Shown here in pieces: positions 7,887 to 16,323 of a stretch of 39,237 bases of DNA; positions within the stretch are counted from its first letter, which is position 1, and each line of letters opens with the position of its first letter. Origin of the DNA: a virus; IMG/VR virus record IMGVR_UViG_3300045988_144194; one strand, given 5' to 3'. A program made the position numbers and the translations under genes. The notes beneath the pieces are model-generated. The model was not told the origin of the DNA. It saw only the letters and a program-made list of their open reading frames with translations, and searched no databases.

Positions 7887-8322
7887 GGTTCACTCCTTTT
7901 CGAGAGATCGATGCGATGGACTTGTCAGCGACAGTCGCGGTCACCGTCTGGTCCGCGCCCTCCGGCAGGACCTTGACGTCGAGGCCCGCGGTCTCGCCGA
8001 CCCTGAGTGTCAACGACTCGGGCGTGACCTGGATGCCGGTGGGTTTGGACGGCAGCGGGGCCGGCAGCACGGCCTCGCCCTTCGCACGCGCATACGAGCC
8101 ATTGACCGTGCAATCCACAACAGTGACCACCTGACCGGTCTTGCCGTTTACCTGACCGTCCAAGGGGAACACGGTCCAACCGAACGCGAGGTCTACCACC
8201 GTGGCGCTTTCAACAACCGGTTTCGCGTCCGCGCTGGTTATCTTGTATCGACGCTGAAAGCCGGATGCTGGAGCCTCCGACACATTGACCTGCTGGCCCC
8301 CTTCACGGGCCGAGACAGTCAC
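7879..8322 (-). CDS. Extension ORF of the major tail protein (reached by -1 frameshift), ending with the N-terminal half of a Big_2-type Ig-like domain
   Basis: In the -1 frame relative to 8334-8909 and contiguous with it after a slip at CCCAAAA. The C-terminus IQVTPESLTLRVGETAGLDVKVLPEGADQTVTATVADKSIASI is Big_2-like. Confidence 0.65.
   Translation of the reverse strand: MTVSAREGGQQVNVSEAPASGFQRRYKITSADAKPVVESATVVDLAFGWTVFPLDGQVNGKTGQVVTVVDCTVNGSYARAKGEAVLPAPLPSKPTGIQVTPESLTLRVGETAGLDVKVLPEGADQTVTATVADKSIASISRKGVNHG
7913..7971. repeat. 59-bp perfect direct repeat (partner 10479-10537)
   Basis: gcgatggacttgtcagcgacagtcgcggtcaccgtctggtccgcgccctccggcaggac is present at both places. It encodes LPEGADQTVTATVADKSIA on the minus strand. 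Confidence 0.95.
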
Positions 8323-8333
8323 AGTCAGAGGCG

Positions 8334-8909
8334 TCAGCCTTTTGGGATACCGATATATTCGATGGAGGTGACACCATCGCCCATGTCGTTCGCGGCCACA
8401 GTGAGGTCATAGCCGAGCACGTCGCTCGAATGCATCTGGCGGTCGCCGAATTCGGAACGGGTTGCGGAACCGATGACGGTACGGTCCTTCACGTTGCCGG
8501 TTGCAACGATCTCGAACACGAGCGAGACCGGTGTATCGTCGGGCATCTGATGCTTGATGACCATGCTCTTGTCCTTGCCGGTCACCGCGTCGTTGCCGTA
8601 GCGCATCTGCGCCGCTGCCTTGCGCAGGAACTCGATGAGCACGAACTTGTAGGATTCGGCGTAGCTGGAGATGACCTTCATCACGGTCGTACCGTTCGCG
8701 TCCTTGACTTCGGCGGTGTCGGTGTCAGTCGTGTTGGTGATGCCGGCCTCCGACAGGTAGCCGATGAGCTGGAAAGCGGGGTCGAGTGCGCTTTCCGAAT
8801 CGGTGGGCAATGCGGTGCCGACGGGTGCCGCGTACGCGTAGCCGCCGACCTTGAACTTGCCGAACGACACGTTTGTGGAATCGTTCTTCGTTGTTGTTTC
8901 ATTAGCCAT
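8334..8909 (-). CDS. Major tail protein
   Basis: 191 aa from the ATG at 8909 (MANETTTKNDS..). Lies between the head-tail connectors and the chaperones. Composition is typical of a tube protein. Confidence 0.8.
   Translation of the reverse strand: MANETTTKNDSTNVSFGKFKVGGYAYAAPVGTALPTDSESALDPAFQLIGYLSEAGITNTTDTDTAEVKDANGTTVMKVISSYAESYKFVLIEFLRKAAAQMRYGNDAVTGKDKSMVIKHQMPDDTPVSLVFEIVATGNVKDRTVIGSATRSEFGDRQMHSSDVLGYDLTVAANDMGDGVTSIEYIGIPKG
8340..8346 (-). promoter_or_regulatory. -1 slippery heptamer C CCA AAA at the 3' end of the major tail protein gene
   Basis: The zero frame reads atC CCA AAA GGC TGA. The -1 frame reads CCC AAA AGG CTG ACG CCT CTG ACT GTG ACT.., which is the frame of 7879-8322 (checked codon by codon). 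Confidence 0.65.
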
Positions 8910-8935
8910 GATTAGGCCCTTTCTGGAAATGATGC

Positions 8936-9304
8936 TCATTCGTCGGTCTTGACGGTGAGCTGGATGAGTATCTGGTAGCGTGGCCGTCCGTCCGGCATGG
9001 GGAAGTCGGTCAGGCCGGTGATATCCCAATCGGCCACCTCGGGCAGTTCAACGATGCGTTTCAACCGTGGCAGCACGAGACGCTGTGCCACGTCCGAAGC
9101 CTCCCAGCGTGAAGCGGCCCACACCTGCACAGCGATCAATGGTCTCGACACGAACCGGCCTTCCGAACCTCCCGTGCGTTCCACGGTGACGAACGGGATA
9201 CGGTTCGTGGCGCTGGATTCGGCGGGAACCTCGAAGCTCGCGGGATAATCCTTGAGTTCGGGTGCCGCGTTGAGCCAGTCCATGACCAGCTTCTCCGCGT
9301 TCAT
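8936..9304 (-). CDS. Tail terminator / head-tail joining protein
   Basis: Assigned by synteny in the connector gene block. 122 aa. Confidence 0.55.
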   Translation of the reverse strand: MNAEKLVMDWLNAAPELKDYPASFEVPAESSATNRIPFVTVERTGGSEGRFVSRPLIAVQVWAASRWEASDVAQRLVLPRLKRIVELPEVADWDITGLTDFPMPDGRPRYQILIQLTVKTDE

Positions 9305-9570
9305 CAGCCGCCTCCCAACGCCTTGGCGAGCGTGTCGCGCACGGCGTTATCGATGCGCGCGGCGAGATTATCCGTATGCACGAGCACCGTCGCGCCCTTC
9401 TCGTTCGCCCGCGGGCCCTCCGCCGTGTACGACGGCTGCCCCGCGTGAGTCGGCGCGGCCATGGAGTTGGCGCGGGCCGCGATCTTCTGTGCCTCCGACA
9501 AGGCGGCGCGAGCGCCCTCGTTGCGCCTGTACGCCTGGAATGCCGAATAATGCAGTTTCACCCGTTTCAT
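9304..9570 (-). CDS. Head-tail connector-block protein
   Basis: Assigned by synteny. 88 aa, coupled to its neighbours by overlapping stop and start codons. Confidence 0.5.
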   Translation of the reverse strand: MKRVKLHYSAFQAYRRNEGARAALSEAQKIAARANSMAAPTHAGQPSYTAEGPRANEKGATVLVHTDNLAARIDNAVRDTLAKALGGG

Positions 9571-9573
9571 GCA

Positions 9574-9912
9574 CTATCCCTCCGCGTCGGTGACTTCGAC
9601 CGTGAGATTCCATGCAGTCGGCTTCATGCCGCCGCCCAATGGCCTCGGGTCTCCGATCACCTCGTAGTCATGTGAATTGATGCGCACACTCGCCCCGCGC
9701 AGACTCCGGTATGCGTAGCTGCGGGGGAAGAGGCAGGTGAATGCAACGGTCACGCCGTCAGGTCGAATCGAGTCGGTGGCGTTGCTCATCGCGCCTGGTG
9801 AGACGAGCACGTTGTCCACCGACTCGATATCGACCTTCGTGACTGGCGAGCCGCCGGGGTCGGTCTCGCCGGTCGGCGTGTAGCGCACCACTTTCACGGT
9901 CTCGCCCCTCAT
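9574..9912 (-). CDS. Head closure / head-tail adaptor protein
   Basis: Synteny and size (112 aa) fit the SPP1 gp16-like position. Confidence 0.55.
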   Translation of the reverse strand: MRGETVKVVRYTPTGETDPGGSPVTKVDIESVDNVLVSPGAMSNATDSIRPDGVTVAFTCLFPRSYAYRSLRGASVRINSHDYEVIGDPRPLGGGMKPTAWNLTVEVTDAEG

Positions 9913-10316
9913 GACGCCTCCCCGTTTGACAGGTCGATGCTGTAGAAGCGTTGGCCGGTGAGCCTGAGCGCCTTCTTCTGCCCTTTGGACAGGTAGAATT
10001 CGCCGCGAGGGTTCGCGAATGTCATGGACTGGGTGAAATTGCCCGCCGTGAGGCTGAGATTGCTGGCACCGGTGGTGTCGAAACCAGCGCCCTCGGTCTG
10101 CATGTCGGATGAGATCGCGTCCTTGGCGAGTTCGCAGGCGATGCGTTCAAGCGTCGCCTGCGATATGTTCCGCCAATCCGGGCATTGTTCGCGGAGGAAC
10201 TGCGAGGCATCGGCCAGACGCTGATCCACATAATCGGGGTCGTCCGGCATCTGCTTCCAGCGTTTGGCCAATTCCAAATGCGTGGCAAATGGGTTTTCTT
10301 CCGTTTCATCGACCAT
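9909..10316 (-). CDS. Head-tail connector protein
   Basis: Assigned by synteny. Preceded by the RBS TAAGGAGG. Confidence 0.55.
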   Translation of the reverse strand: MVDETEENPFATHLELAKRWKQMPDDPDYVDQRLADASQFLREQCPDWRNISQATLERIACELAKDAISSDMQTEGAGFDTTGASNLSLTAGNFTQSMTFANPRGEFYLSKGQKKALRLTGQRFYSIDLSNGEAS

Positions 10317-10332
10317 GACGGCCTCCTTAATG

Positions 10333-10464
10333 TCAGAATGCGATGATGCCGAAGCCGCGTGCTGCGGCCAGCAGCATGTCCGCCTGCGCCCGTTCCGCGT
10401 CGGTGAGAGGATGCCACCGGGCTTCCAGATCCTCGTGAGGGGCGAACACGGTATTGTCAGTCAT
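10333..10464 (-). CDS. Small 43-aa ORF (MTDNTVFAPHEDLEARWHPLTDAERAQADMLLAAARGFGIIAF)
   Basis: Below the ORF-track length cutoff. Its ATG overlaps the stop of the capsid extension ORF (GATGACTGA), and GC3 is high. Confidence 0.35.
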   Translation of the reverse strand: MTDNTVFAPHEDLEARWHPLTDAERAQADMLLAAARGFGIIAF

Positions 10465-10630
10465 CGGACACCACCGTGGCGATGGACTTGTCAGCGACAG
10501 TCGCGGTCACCGTCTGGTCCGCGCCCTCCGGCAGGACACGTACCGTCACATTGGTTGTCTCGCCGGCTCGGACGGTGACGGTTTCAGGACTGGTCTCGAT
10601 GGATTGGGGTGCCGGCGTCACACTTTTGGG
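10457..10630 (-). CDS. Capsid C-terminal extension ORF (reached by -1 frameshift) encoding the N-terminal half of a Big_2-type Ig-like domain
   Basis: The -1 frame after CCCAAAA reads PKSVTPAPQSIETSPETVTVRAGETTNVTVRVLPEGADQTVTATVADKSIATVVSDD*. It shares the 59-bp repeat with 7913-7971. Confidence 0.6.
   Translation of the reverse strand, partial: PKSVTPAPQSIETSPETVTVRAGETTNVTVRVLPEGADQTVTATVADKSIATVVSDD
10479..10537. repeat. 59-bp perfect direct repeat (partner 7913-7971)
   Basis: Identical 59-mer, see 7913-7971. Confidence 0.95.
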
Positions 10631-11565
10631 GCTGCGATCACGAAGGCGGGGAAGCGCTTCGTCTTGTCGGGCTGCACGTCGTTGATGGGGTTGGCGATTT
10701 GGAAGCCGACGCGGAACACGACGCGCATGGCGACGCAGTCCTGCTGGGCGAGGTTCAGAATCACCTTGCCGTTATCGTCCGAGATAACCGACTGGTCAAG
10801 CATCTTGTAGGTGATGTCCTGACGGATGCCGACCACGAAGTTCGACCAGTCTGCGCCGAGCAGCACGGCCTTGGTGGAATCCCACGCGCCGTTGTCGACC
10901 TCGTTGAGATCGAAGCCGTAGAGGGTGGACGGCGCGCCGGAGGCGAGCGAGGGCACGTAGATTGGGGTGCCGTTGGTGTTACGCAGGCCGATAAGCTCCC
11001 AGTTCAGGCCCGGCTTGCCGGCGAAGCCGTTCATGGCGAAGCCCTGTTCGGCGAGCTTCTGTCCCATGGAGGCCACGTCCTTGGCGAGGTCCTTGCCCTG
11101 GGTGAGCGTGTTGCCCGCCGTGATGGCCTGCGGGATGATGCCGTCCGGGAAGCTGGACGGCTTGTCCACGCCGAAAAGGGTCGCCTGGTCCAGCTTGTAG
11201 CCGAGCGCGGAAGCCAGACGCGGCATGACCTCCGGCCAGATTGGGATGCCGGAATCCGCGATAACGGCTTCGGGGATGGGCACGATGGCCGCAAGTTCCT
11301 CGGCCGTGATGCTCAGGCCCGACCACTTCATCTTCGTGGTCTGTTTCAGGCCGGTATCACCGCCCACCCAGTAGGCGATCGGCTTGGAGTCAAGCACCGG
11401 CTGCGTGCGCGTGCGGGTGCTCATGCGAATCTGACGCATACGGGTCAGGGACACACTCGACTTGGGAGCGTCCTGGATAATCTGGGTGGCGTATTCGGTG
11501 GGGATGAGTCCGCCGCCGAGGTCGCCGCTGGTGATGATGGAGTTCACGTTGGAAGTCATCGTCAT
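10618..11565 (-). CDS. Major capsid protein
   Basis: 315 aa lying downstream of the scaffold-like gene. Composition and size are typical of HK97-fold capsid proteins. Confidence 0.88.
   Translation of the reverse strand: MTMTSNVNSIITSGDLGGGLIPTEYATQIIQDAPKSSVSLTRMRQIRMSTRTRTQPVLDSKPIAYWVGGDTGLKQTTKMKWSGLSITAEELAAIVPIPEAVIADSGIPIWPEVMPRLASALGYKLDQATLFGVDKPSSFPDGIIPQAITAGNTLTQGKDLAKDVASMGQKLAEQGFAMNGFAGKPGLNWELIGLRNTNGTPIYVPSLASGAPSTLYGFDLNEVDNGAWDSTKAVLLGADWSNFVVGIRQDITYKMLDQSVISDDNGKVILNLAQQDCVAMRVVFRVGFQIANPINDVQPDKTKRFPAFVIAAPKV
10624..10630 (-). promoter_or_regulatory. -1 slippery heptamer C CCA AAA at the 3' end of the major capsid gene
   Basis: The zero frame reads gcC CCA AAA GTG TGA. 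The -1 frame continues open for 55 more codons. Confidence 0.6.
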
Positions 11566-11586
11566 ACCTTCTTTCTATGAGGTGGA

Positions 11587-12075
11587 TTATTTGCGTTTCT
11601 GCTTGAGGAACTGATCGCGAAGCCAATCGCCGGATGTGTTGGATGGCGCGGGAGGCTGGTTGGATTCGGAGGAGGCGTGCACCTTCGGCTTGGTCTTCTC
11701 GGCGATGTAGTCGGCGAGCGCCTTGCCGTTGGCTTGCATTTCTTCGAGGGTGGAGCCGTGGAGCAGTGCGATGGGCACGCCGGTTTCCTTGGAGACCTGC
11801 GTCTTCCATTCGTTCTGCTGTTTTTCCGCCTCGTAGGCGGCGTTCTTGGCTTCAAGCTCTTTGATGTGCTTGGCTGTCTTTTCGGCTTCGGACAGTTGGG
11901 CCTCCTTGAGCTGTTGCAGTTCGTCGGCGGCTGTCTTGTTGTCCTTGGCGAGTTTCTCCCATTTGCGGGAATGGGCGACGGCCTCCTTGTATTTGGCCTC
12001 GTAGTCGATTTCGGGCGGCTTCGCTCCGTTCTCGGTCGATGCCGCCTGCTGGTTGCCGTTGGCCTCTTCGGTCAT
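11587..12075 (-). CDS. Scaffolding protein
   Basis: Charged coiled-coil-like sequence (KEAQLSEAEKTAKHIKELEAKNAAYEAEKQ) directly upstream of the capsid gene. ATG at 12075. Confidence 0.7.
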   Translation of the reverse strand: MTEEANGNQQAASTENGAKPPEIDYEAKYKEAVAHSRKWEKLAKDNKTAADELQQLKEAQLSEAEKTAKHIKELEAKNAAYEAEKQQNEWKTQVSKETGVPIALLHGSTLEEMQANGKALADYIAEKTKPKVHASSESNQPPAPSNTSGDWLRDQFLKQKRK

Positions 12076-12144
12076 GGTTCCTCCTAGTGGGTTGGGCCCG
12101 TTTCGGGCATAAAAAACCACCCGTGCGGGTGGTTGGGGAAAATC

Positions 12145-12972
12145 TCAGTTCGAGTGCGACGGTCGTGGCACCCCGTAGCCGTCCTTGTAACGGTCGGGGT
12201 AGAGTCGGCGCATCACATAGGTGATCGTGTTCGGGTCGTTGGGATTGTCGGGATTGCCTTTTGTGGTGGCCTTTATCATCCGATAGGTGTCGTCGTCCAG
12301 GCCGCCGTTCTCGATGAGGCTGCGGGCGTGCATGTATTCCGAGTACATGCGGTCAGGGTCATAACCCTCGATGTGAGCTTGGTCCCTGTCCCATTCGGGC
12401 ACGATCTGGCAGTCGCAGTCGTCGTGGAACAGTCTGAACGAGCCTTTGACGTATTTCGCGGTCTTCTCGCTGCGGTACACCCAGCCGCGCGAGCAGAGCA
12501 TCGTGCAGAACGCGCACGTCTTCGCGCCTCTCGGCACGCGCGCGTACCGGGGTTCGGACGGGTCGTGCTCGCACAGGCGTGCGATGGTTTCACGCCCCGA
12601 ATACATGACCCAACGCATCATCGCGCCGACCAGAAACGCCTGCATGGTCTGCGGGTCCGTCCACAGGTGGCCGGCCTGCCAGCGTATGGTCTTGTCGATG
12701 CCGTCGCCGGGAAACGAGTCGGACAGGTCGTACTCCCACGGGTCGGGCACCGATTCGCCACGGACGCGCATATACCATTCATAGGCGGCCTGCGCCGCGA
12801 GGTCGCCGTATTTGACGACCAGTTGCGGCACGTAGTCGAGCAGCATGTCACGCTGCCATTCAGGGCTGAGCTGTTGCAGCGTCTCCCACAGTTTCGCCAG
12901 ATCGCGGCGTGCCAGTTCCACCGCCCGAGCTTGGCTGGCTTGCAGCTGTTCCAGTTGCCGGTTGTCCGTCAT
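12145..12972 (-). CDS. Minor head / head morphogenesis protein (MuF, SPP1 gp7-like)
   Basis: Lies after the portal gene. The Cys-rich motif CAFCTMLCSRGWVY..HDDCDCQIVP is typical of this family. Confidence 0.7.
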   Translation of the reverse strand: MTDNRQLEQLQASQARAVELARRDLAKLWETLQQLSPEWQRDMLLDYVPQLVVKYGDLAAQAAYEWYMRVRGESVPDPWEYDLSDSFPGDGIDKTIRWQAGHLWTDPQTMQAFLVGAMMRWVMYSGRETIARLCEHDPSEPRYARVPRGAKTCAFCTMLCSRGWVYRSEKTAKYVKGSFRLFHDDCDCQIVPEWDRDQAHIEGYDPDRMYSEYMHARSLIENGGLDDDTYRMIKATTKGNPDNPNDPNTITYVMRRLYPDRYKDGYGVPRPSHSN

Positions 12973-14395
12973 CCTTATTGCCTCCGTTCACGAGGGAGTC
13001 AAGCACGCTGCGGGTCTCGGCCTTGCGCTTGTCGACCAACAGGCGTGTGATATCGGAATCCGTGTAGCCGAGCTTCTCCAACACCACGTCGGAGTTGGCG
13101 AGCCATGGAATGGCCGTCACCTGCTTCACGATGGCATCGGAGAGCGCGGCCTGCGATGGGCGTTCGGGGTCACGCCAGTTGACCTGCAACCGATTGAGCT
13201 CGTCGCTGTCCTCGCTGGTGCCGTTGAGGATGGCGATGTCCCTCGCGGCCTTGCGTAGCTGCACGCCGATGGCGCGGCAGGCGTTCTTCGCCTCGATGAC
13301 AAGTTCGCTTTCCGCCGCCATGATCGCTTCCGAAGAAGAAGGGCCGGAATCCGTCATCACGCCGAACTGGCTGAGCGGCACGCCGGTCGCGCCGCTCATG
13401 CGTGCCGCGAGGGCGCGAAGCATGTCGGTGTGCGGCTGCATGGTCATCTGCGTGAACTGGCCGATGACGGGCGCTTGGCCGTCCTCGTTGAGGCTGATGT
13501 TGAGCATCTTCGAGATGGTGGCTTCCCAGCCGGTCAGCTTCCTGCCGTTCTTGTCCTCGGGCGGCTCGTCCGCGCCGATGAGGTAACGTTGCGGGCTCGA
13601 ATAGAATTCGGCGCTTACCTCCATGCGCAGCATGGTGCGCACCGCCGTGTCGGTGATGCTCATGACCTCACGGCTGATGCGCGAGCGGCCAAAGGGGCGG
13701 TTCAGGTCCTGATGGTAGGGGATCAGGTACACAGGCACATGATCCATGTACGTGTTACATGGAGCGTCCGCATGATAGCGGCCTGATTGCGTGCGGCGTA
13801 TACGAATCGTGTAGCCGGGCATGTAGAGCATGAGCTCGGAAGGCACGATGGTGTTCGCCTGCGCGTACTGTGAGCGGTCGATATCGGTTATCGACAACGC
13901 CGCCGACAGGCCGCGACGGGCGTAATCCCACAGGCCGGTCTCATAGAGCGCGCTACGGAACGACACGGACACCTTCGAGCGCAGACCATCCTCGGGTTCC
14001 GCGCTGCGCACGTTCAGGAACGAGCATGAGTGAATGAGCGCGCTGCGGATGGCCTGCGGCAATTCCACGTCGAAGTCGTTGTCTGAAAGAATCGAATCCA
14101 AACCCAACGGATCGCGGCTGTCGTCGCCGACTCCGACGAAACCATCGAACACGATGCGGTCGGCCAAAGCGTCCACCGATTTCTGCGGCCAGCCCACGAC
14201 CTCGCTTATCCCCGCCATGCTGTCCGGCACGGCGATGGACAGATTCTTAAGCTCGTTGCGCCCGTCGTAGTATTTGGTGCGCAAAAGGTTACGTTCGAGC
14301 TTCTGGGACCATTGACGTATCATCAAATCCCACGGTTCTCGGCACTCGTCGGGCAGATTATCGACCTGCACGTTTTCAAGACTGGGAATCTGCAT
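12860..14395 (-). CDS. Portal protein
   Basis: 511 aa from the ATG at 14395, immediately downstream of the large terminase. Its low-complexity C-terminal tail overlaps the next gene by 113 nt. Confidence 0.85.
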   Translation of the reverse strand: MQIPSLENVQVDNLPDECREPWDLMIRQWSQKLERNLLRTKYYDGRNELKNLSIAVPDSMAGISEVVGWPQKSVDALADRIVFDGFVGVGDDSRDPLGLDSILSDNDFDVELPQAIRSALIHSCSFLNVRSAEPEDGLRSKVSVSFRSALYETGLWDYARRGLSAALSITDIDRSQYAQANTIVPSELMLYMPGYTIRIRRTQSGRYHADAPCNTYMDHVPVYLIPYHQDLNRPFGRSRISREVMSITDTAVRTMLRMEVSAEFYSSPQRYLIGADEPPEDKNGRKLTGWEATISKMLNISLNEDGQAPVIGQFTQMTMQPHTDMLRALAARMSGATGVPLSQFGVMTDSGPSSSEAIMAAESELVIEAKNACRAIGVQLRKAARDIAILNGTSEDSDELNRLQVNWRDPERPSQAALSDAIVKQVTAIPWLANSDVVLEKLGYTDSDITRLLVDKRKAETRSVLDSLVNGGNKDDGQPATGTAASQPSSGGGTGTPRSGETVGDAATAQP

Positions 14396-15861
14396 CAGAA
14401 TGCCACCGCCTTCGCTCTTCTTCCCGGATGACGTTTGGAAGTCTTGACGTTCCAATACGCGAGAGCCACCGCTTCCACGGGACTCACGTCGATGTTCTCC
14501 ATGGACGGCTCGTAGCCGAACCCGTCGCCGATTTTCCTGTGCTTCGCATGACCCACCGCCTCGTCAAGCAGAGGTTGGCCGAAATGGGTAAGCCCATGGT
14601 CGTTCACGGCCTGTTCGAGCATCGAACAAGCGTCCGCCACGTCGGAAGGGCGCGGAACCACGATCACTCTTTTCGACACGCCCTTGTCGATGAGGCTGTT
14701 GACCAGGGTGGGGGCTCCCACGCGCCCGTCGATGATGATGCCGATGGCGTTGCGCCATCGTTCCGCACCGTTCTTCTCGGCGGTCAGCCAGTCGGCCAGC
14801 CAGCCGGTGCCGCCGCGCATGCTGCGCGAGGCGATGACCTCCACGTGCGGCAATTCACTCGACTTGCGGGGCGGGCGCACGCACGCCACGAGGGTGACGT
14901 TCGCGCCGTCCGCGCTGAACTTGACCGCATACGAGTTGTAGCCATCCATGCAGGGCTTGTCGGTCTTGCACTTGGCCCACTCGTCAACATCGATATCGGA
15001 CAGCGCGCCGGCCTGATCGTTCCACCAGCCGAGACGTTCGCGGGCGAAACCGTCAGGGGTCATCTTCTCCGACTCGGAAACGACCACGCTTTTCAACAGG
15101 CGGGTGCCGAGCGATGGATTGTATTGGTACCAGCGTTGCTGGTCGTGCACGTCGCCGATCTCGGTCGCCGCCCATTCGAACCAGCACAGGTTCTTCGGCG
15201 GCTTGTCGCGATGCGCGTTGCGGCGCATGCGCGCGAACACCGTGCCCGGCGAAGTCGGCGGGGTCGGCGTGCCCGTGTAGATGGTCAACGGATTGCCCGA
15301 GGGTGCCGACGAGATGGCGGGCTGTATGGCCTCCATCTGCTCGTCGGTCAGCTCCTGCGCCTCGTCGCACACCAGCACGTCCACCGTGAAGCCACGGCCC
15401 GAACTCTTCGAACGGGCGATGAACTCAATGCTGCCACCGTTCTTCAACACGATGGCCTCCTGACCGTTCGTGGCCCGGATATAGGTGACCAACTCCGCCA
15501 GTTCGGGGAACTTGCGCGCGTTCTCGAAGTAGTATTTCATACGCAGGAAATGCTTGCGGCAGGTCTTCACCTCATGCGCCGTATGCAGGATCTTCATGCC
15601 GAGGATCGCGGCAAGGTACAATTCCGTGAACTCGAGAATCGCGTTCTTGCCGTTCTGTCGCGGCACCGCGCACCCGCAATCCGACGCCGCCCATTGCAGC
15701 TTCGAATCCGTGGCGAGCCACCCCTCGAGCACGATGCGCTGCCACTTGTCCGGCTTCATGTCGTAGCCGGCAGCGAGCGCGCACGCCTCTCCTCCCTCGG
15801 ACTGCGCGTGCTTGGGAACCAGAGCGAAGCTAGGTTCCTGTACGCCTCTTCGTCTTGCCAC
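14395..15861 (-). CDS. terL: Terminase large subunit
   Basis: A Walker A-like region (AVPRQNGKN), VLVCDEAQEL (Walker B/DE), and a nuclease-like C-terminal half. The true start may be internal. Confidence 0.9.
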   Translation of the reverse strand: MARRRGVQEPSFALVPKHAQSEGGEACALAAGYDMKPDKWQRIVLEGWLATDSKLQWAASDCGCAVPRQNGKNAILEFTELYLAAILGMKILHTAHEVKTCRKHFLRMKYYFENARKFPELAELVTYIRATNGQEAIVLKNGGSIEFIARSKSSGRGFTVDVLVCDEAQELTDEQMEAIQPAISSAPSGNPLTIYTGTPTPPTSPGTVFARMRRNAHRDKPPKNLCWFEWAATEIGDVHDQQRWYQYNPSLGTRLLKSVVVSESEKMTPDGFARERLGWWNDQAGALSDIDVDEWAKCKTDKPCMDGYNSYAVKFSADGANVTLVACVRPPRKSSELPHVEVIASRSMRGGTGWLADWLTAEKNGAERWRNAIGIIIDGRVGAPTLVNSLIDKGVSKRVIVVPRPSDVADACSMLEQAVNDHGLTHFGQPLLDEAVGHAKHRKIGDGFGYEPSMENIDVSPVEAVALAYWNVKTSKRHPGRRAKAVAF

Positions 15862-16204
15862 CCTCGATCACCCTCAGCTTCCGTCGTTCGGCTATCTCGT
15901 CAAGCGGCGTATGCCGCTCCTGCTTCTGGACTTTCGCCTGCATGATCTGGCTGCGCGCGGCGGGCGTGATCCCGTAATCCTGCAACAGCTTGTTCAGTAT
16001 GGGCACGCTGGCGAAATTGCCGGAACCCCAGATGTCCGCGTGGATCAGGGCGGCGTTCATGAGGTTGTCCCAGTCGGCCTCCGTCCACGAGTCCGCGCCT
16101 GGAGTGGAAGCCAAATGCTCCCACCATCGCACGGTCGCCTCCGGCCATTCGATGCCGTCAGGCAACTGTGGCTGCGTTATCGTGGTCTTGGCCAACTGGA
16201 TCAC
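15830..16204 (-). CDS. Terminase small subunit (putative)
   Basis: Sits directly upstream of terL and overlaps it. 124 aa. The start is uncertain (GTG at 16204, or a TTG four codons in). Confidence 0.55.
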   Translation of the reverse strand: MIQLAKTTITQPQLPDGIEWPEATVRWWEHLASTPGADSWTEADWDNLMNAALIHADIWGSGNFASVPILNKLLQDYGITPAARSQIMQAKVQKQERHTPLDEIAERRKLRVIEGGKTKRRTGT

Positions 16205-16217
16205 CTCGAATCAATGT

Positions 16218-16301
16218 CTAGGAGCCGCTGGAGCGACTCGCGCGAGCGGAACCGGCTGCACGAGAGAAATCAAACTCGCCCTGCACGTATCTCGGACGCA
16301 T
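16218..16301 (-). CDS. 27-aa basic peptide (MRPRYVQGEFDFSRAAGSARASRSSGS)
   Basis: Preceded by the strong RBS GGAGGTGAT. Ends in RSSGS, like the neighbouring small ORF. Confidence 0.3.
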   Translation of the reverse strand: MRPRYVQGEFDFSRAAGSARASRSSGS

Positions 16302-16323
16302 GACAATCACCTCCATCGGGAAA

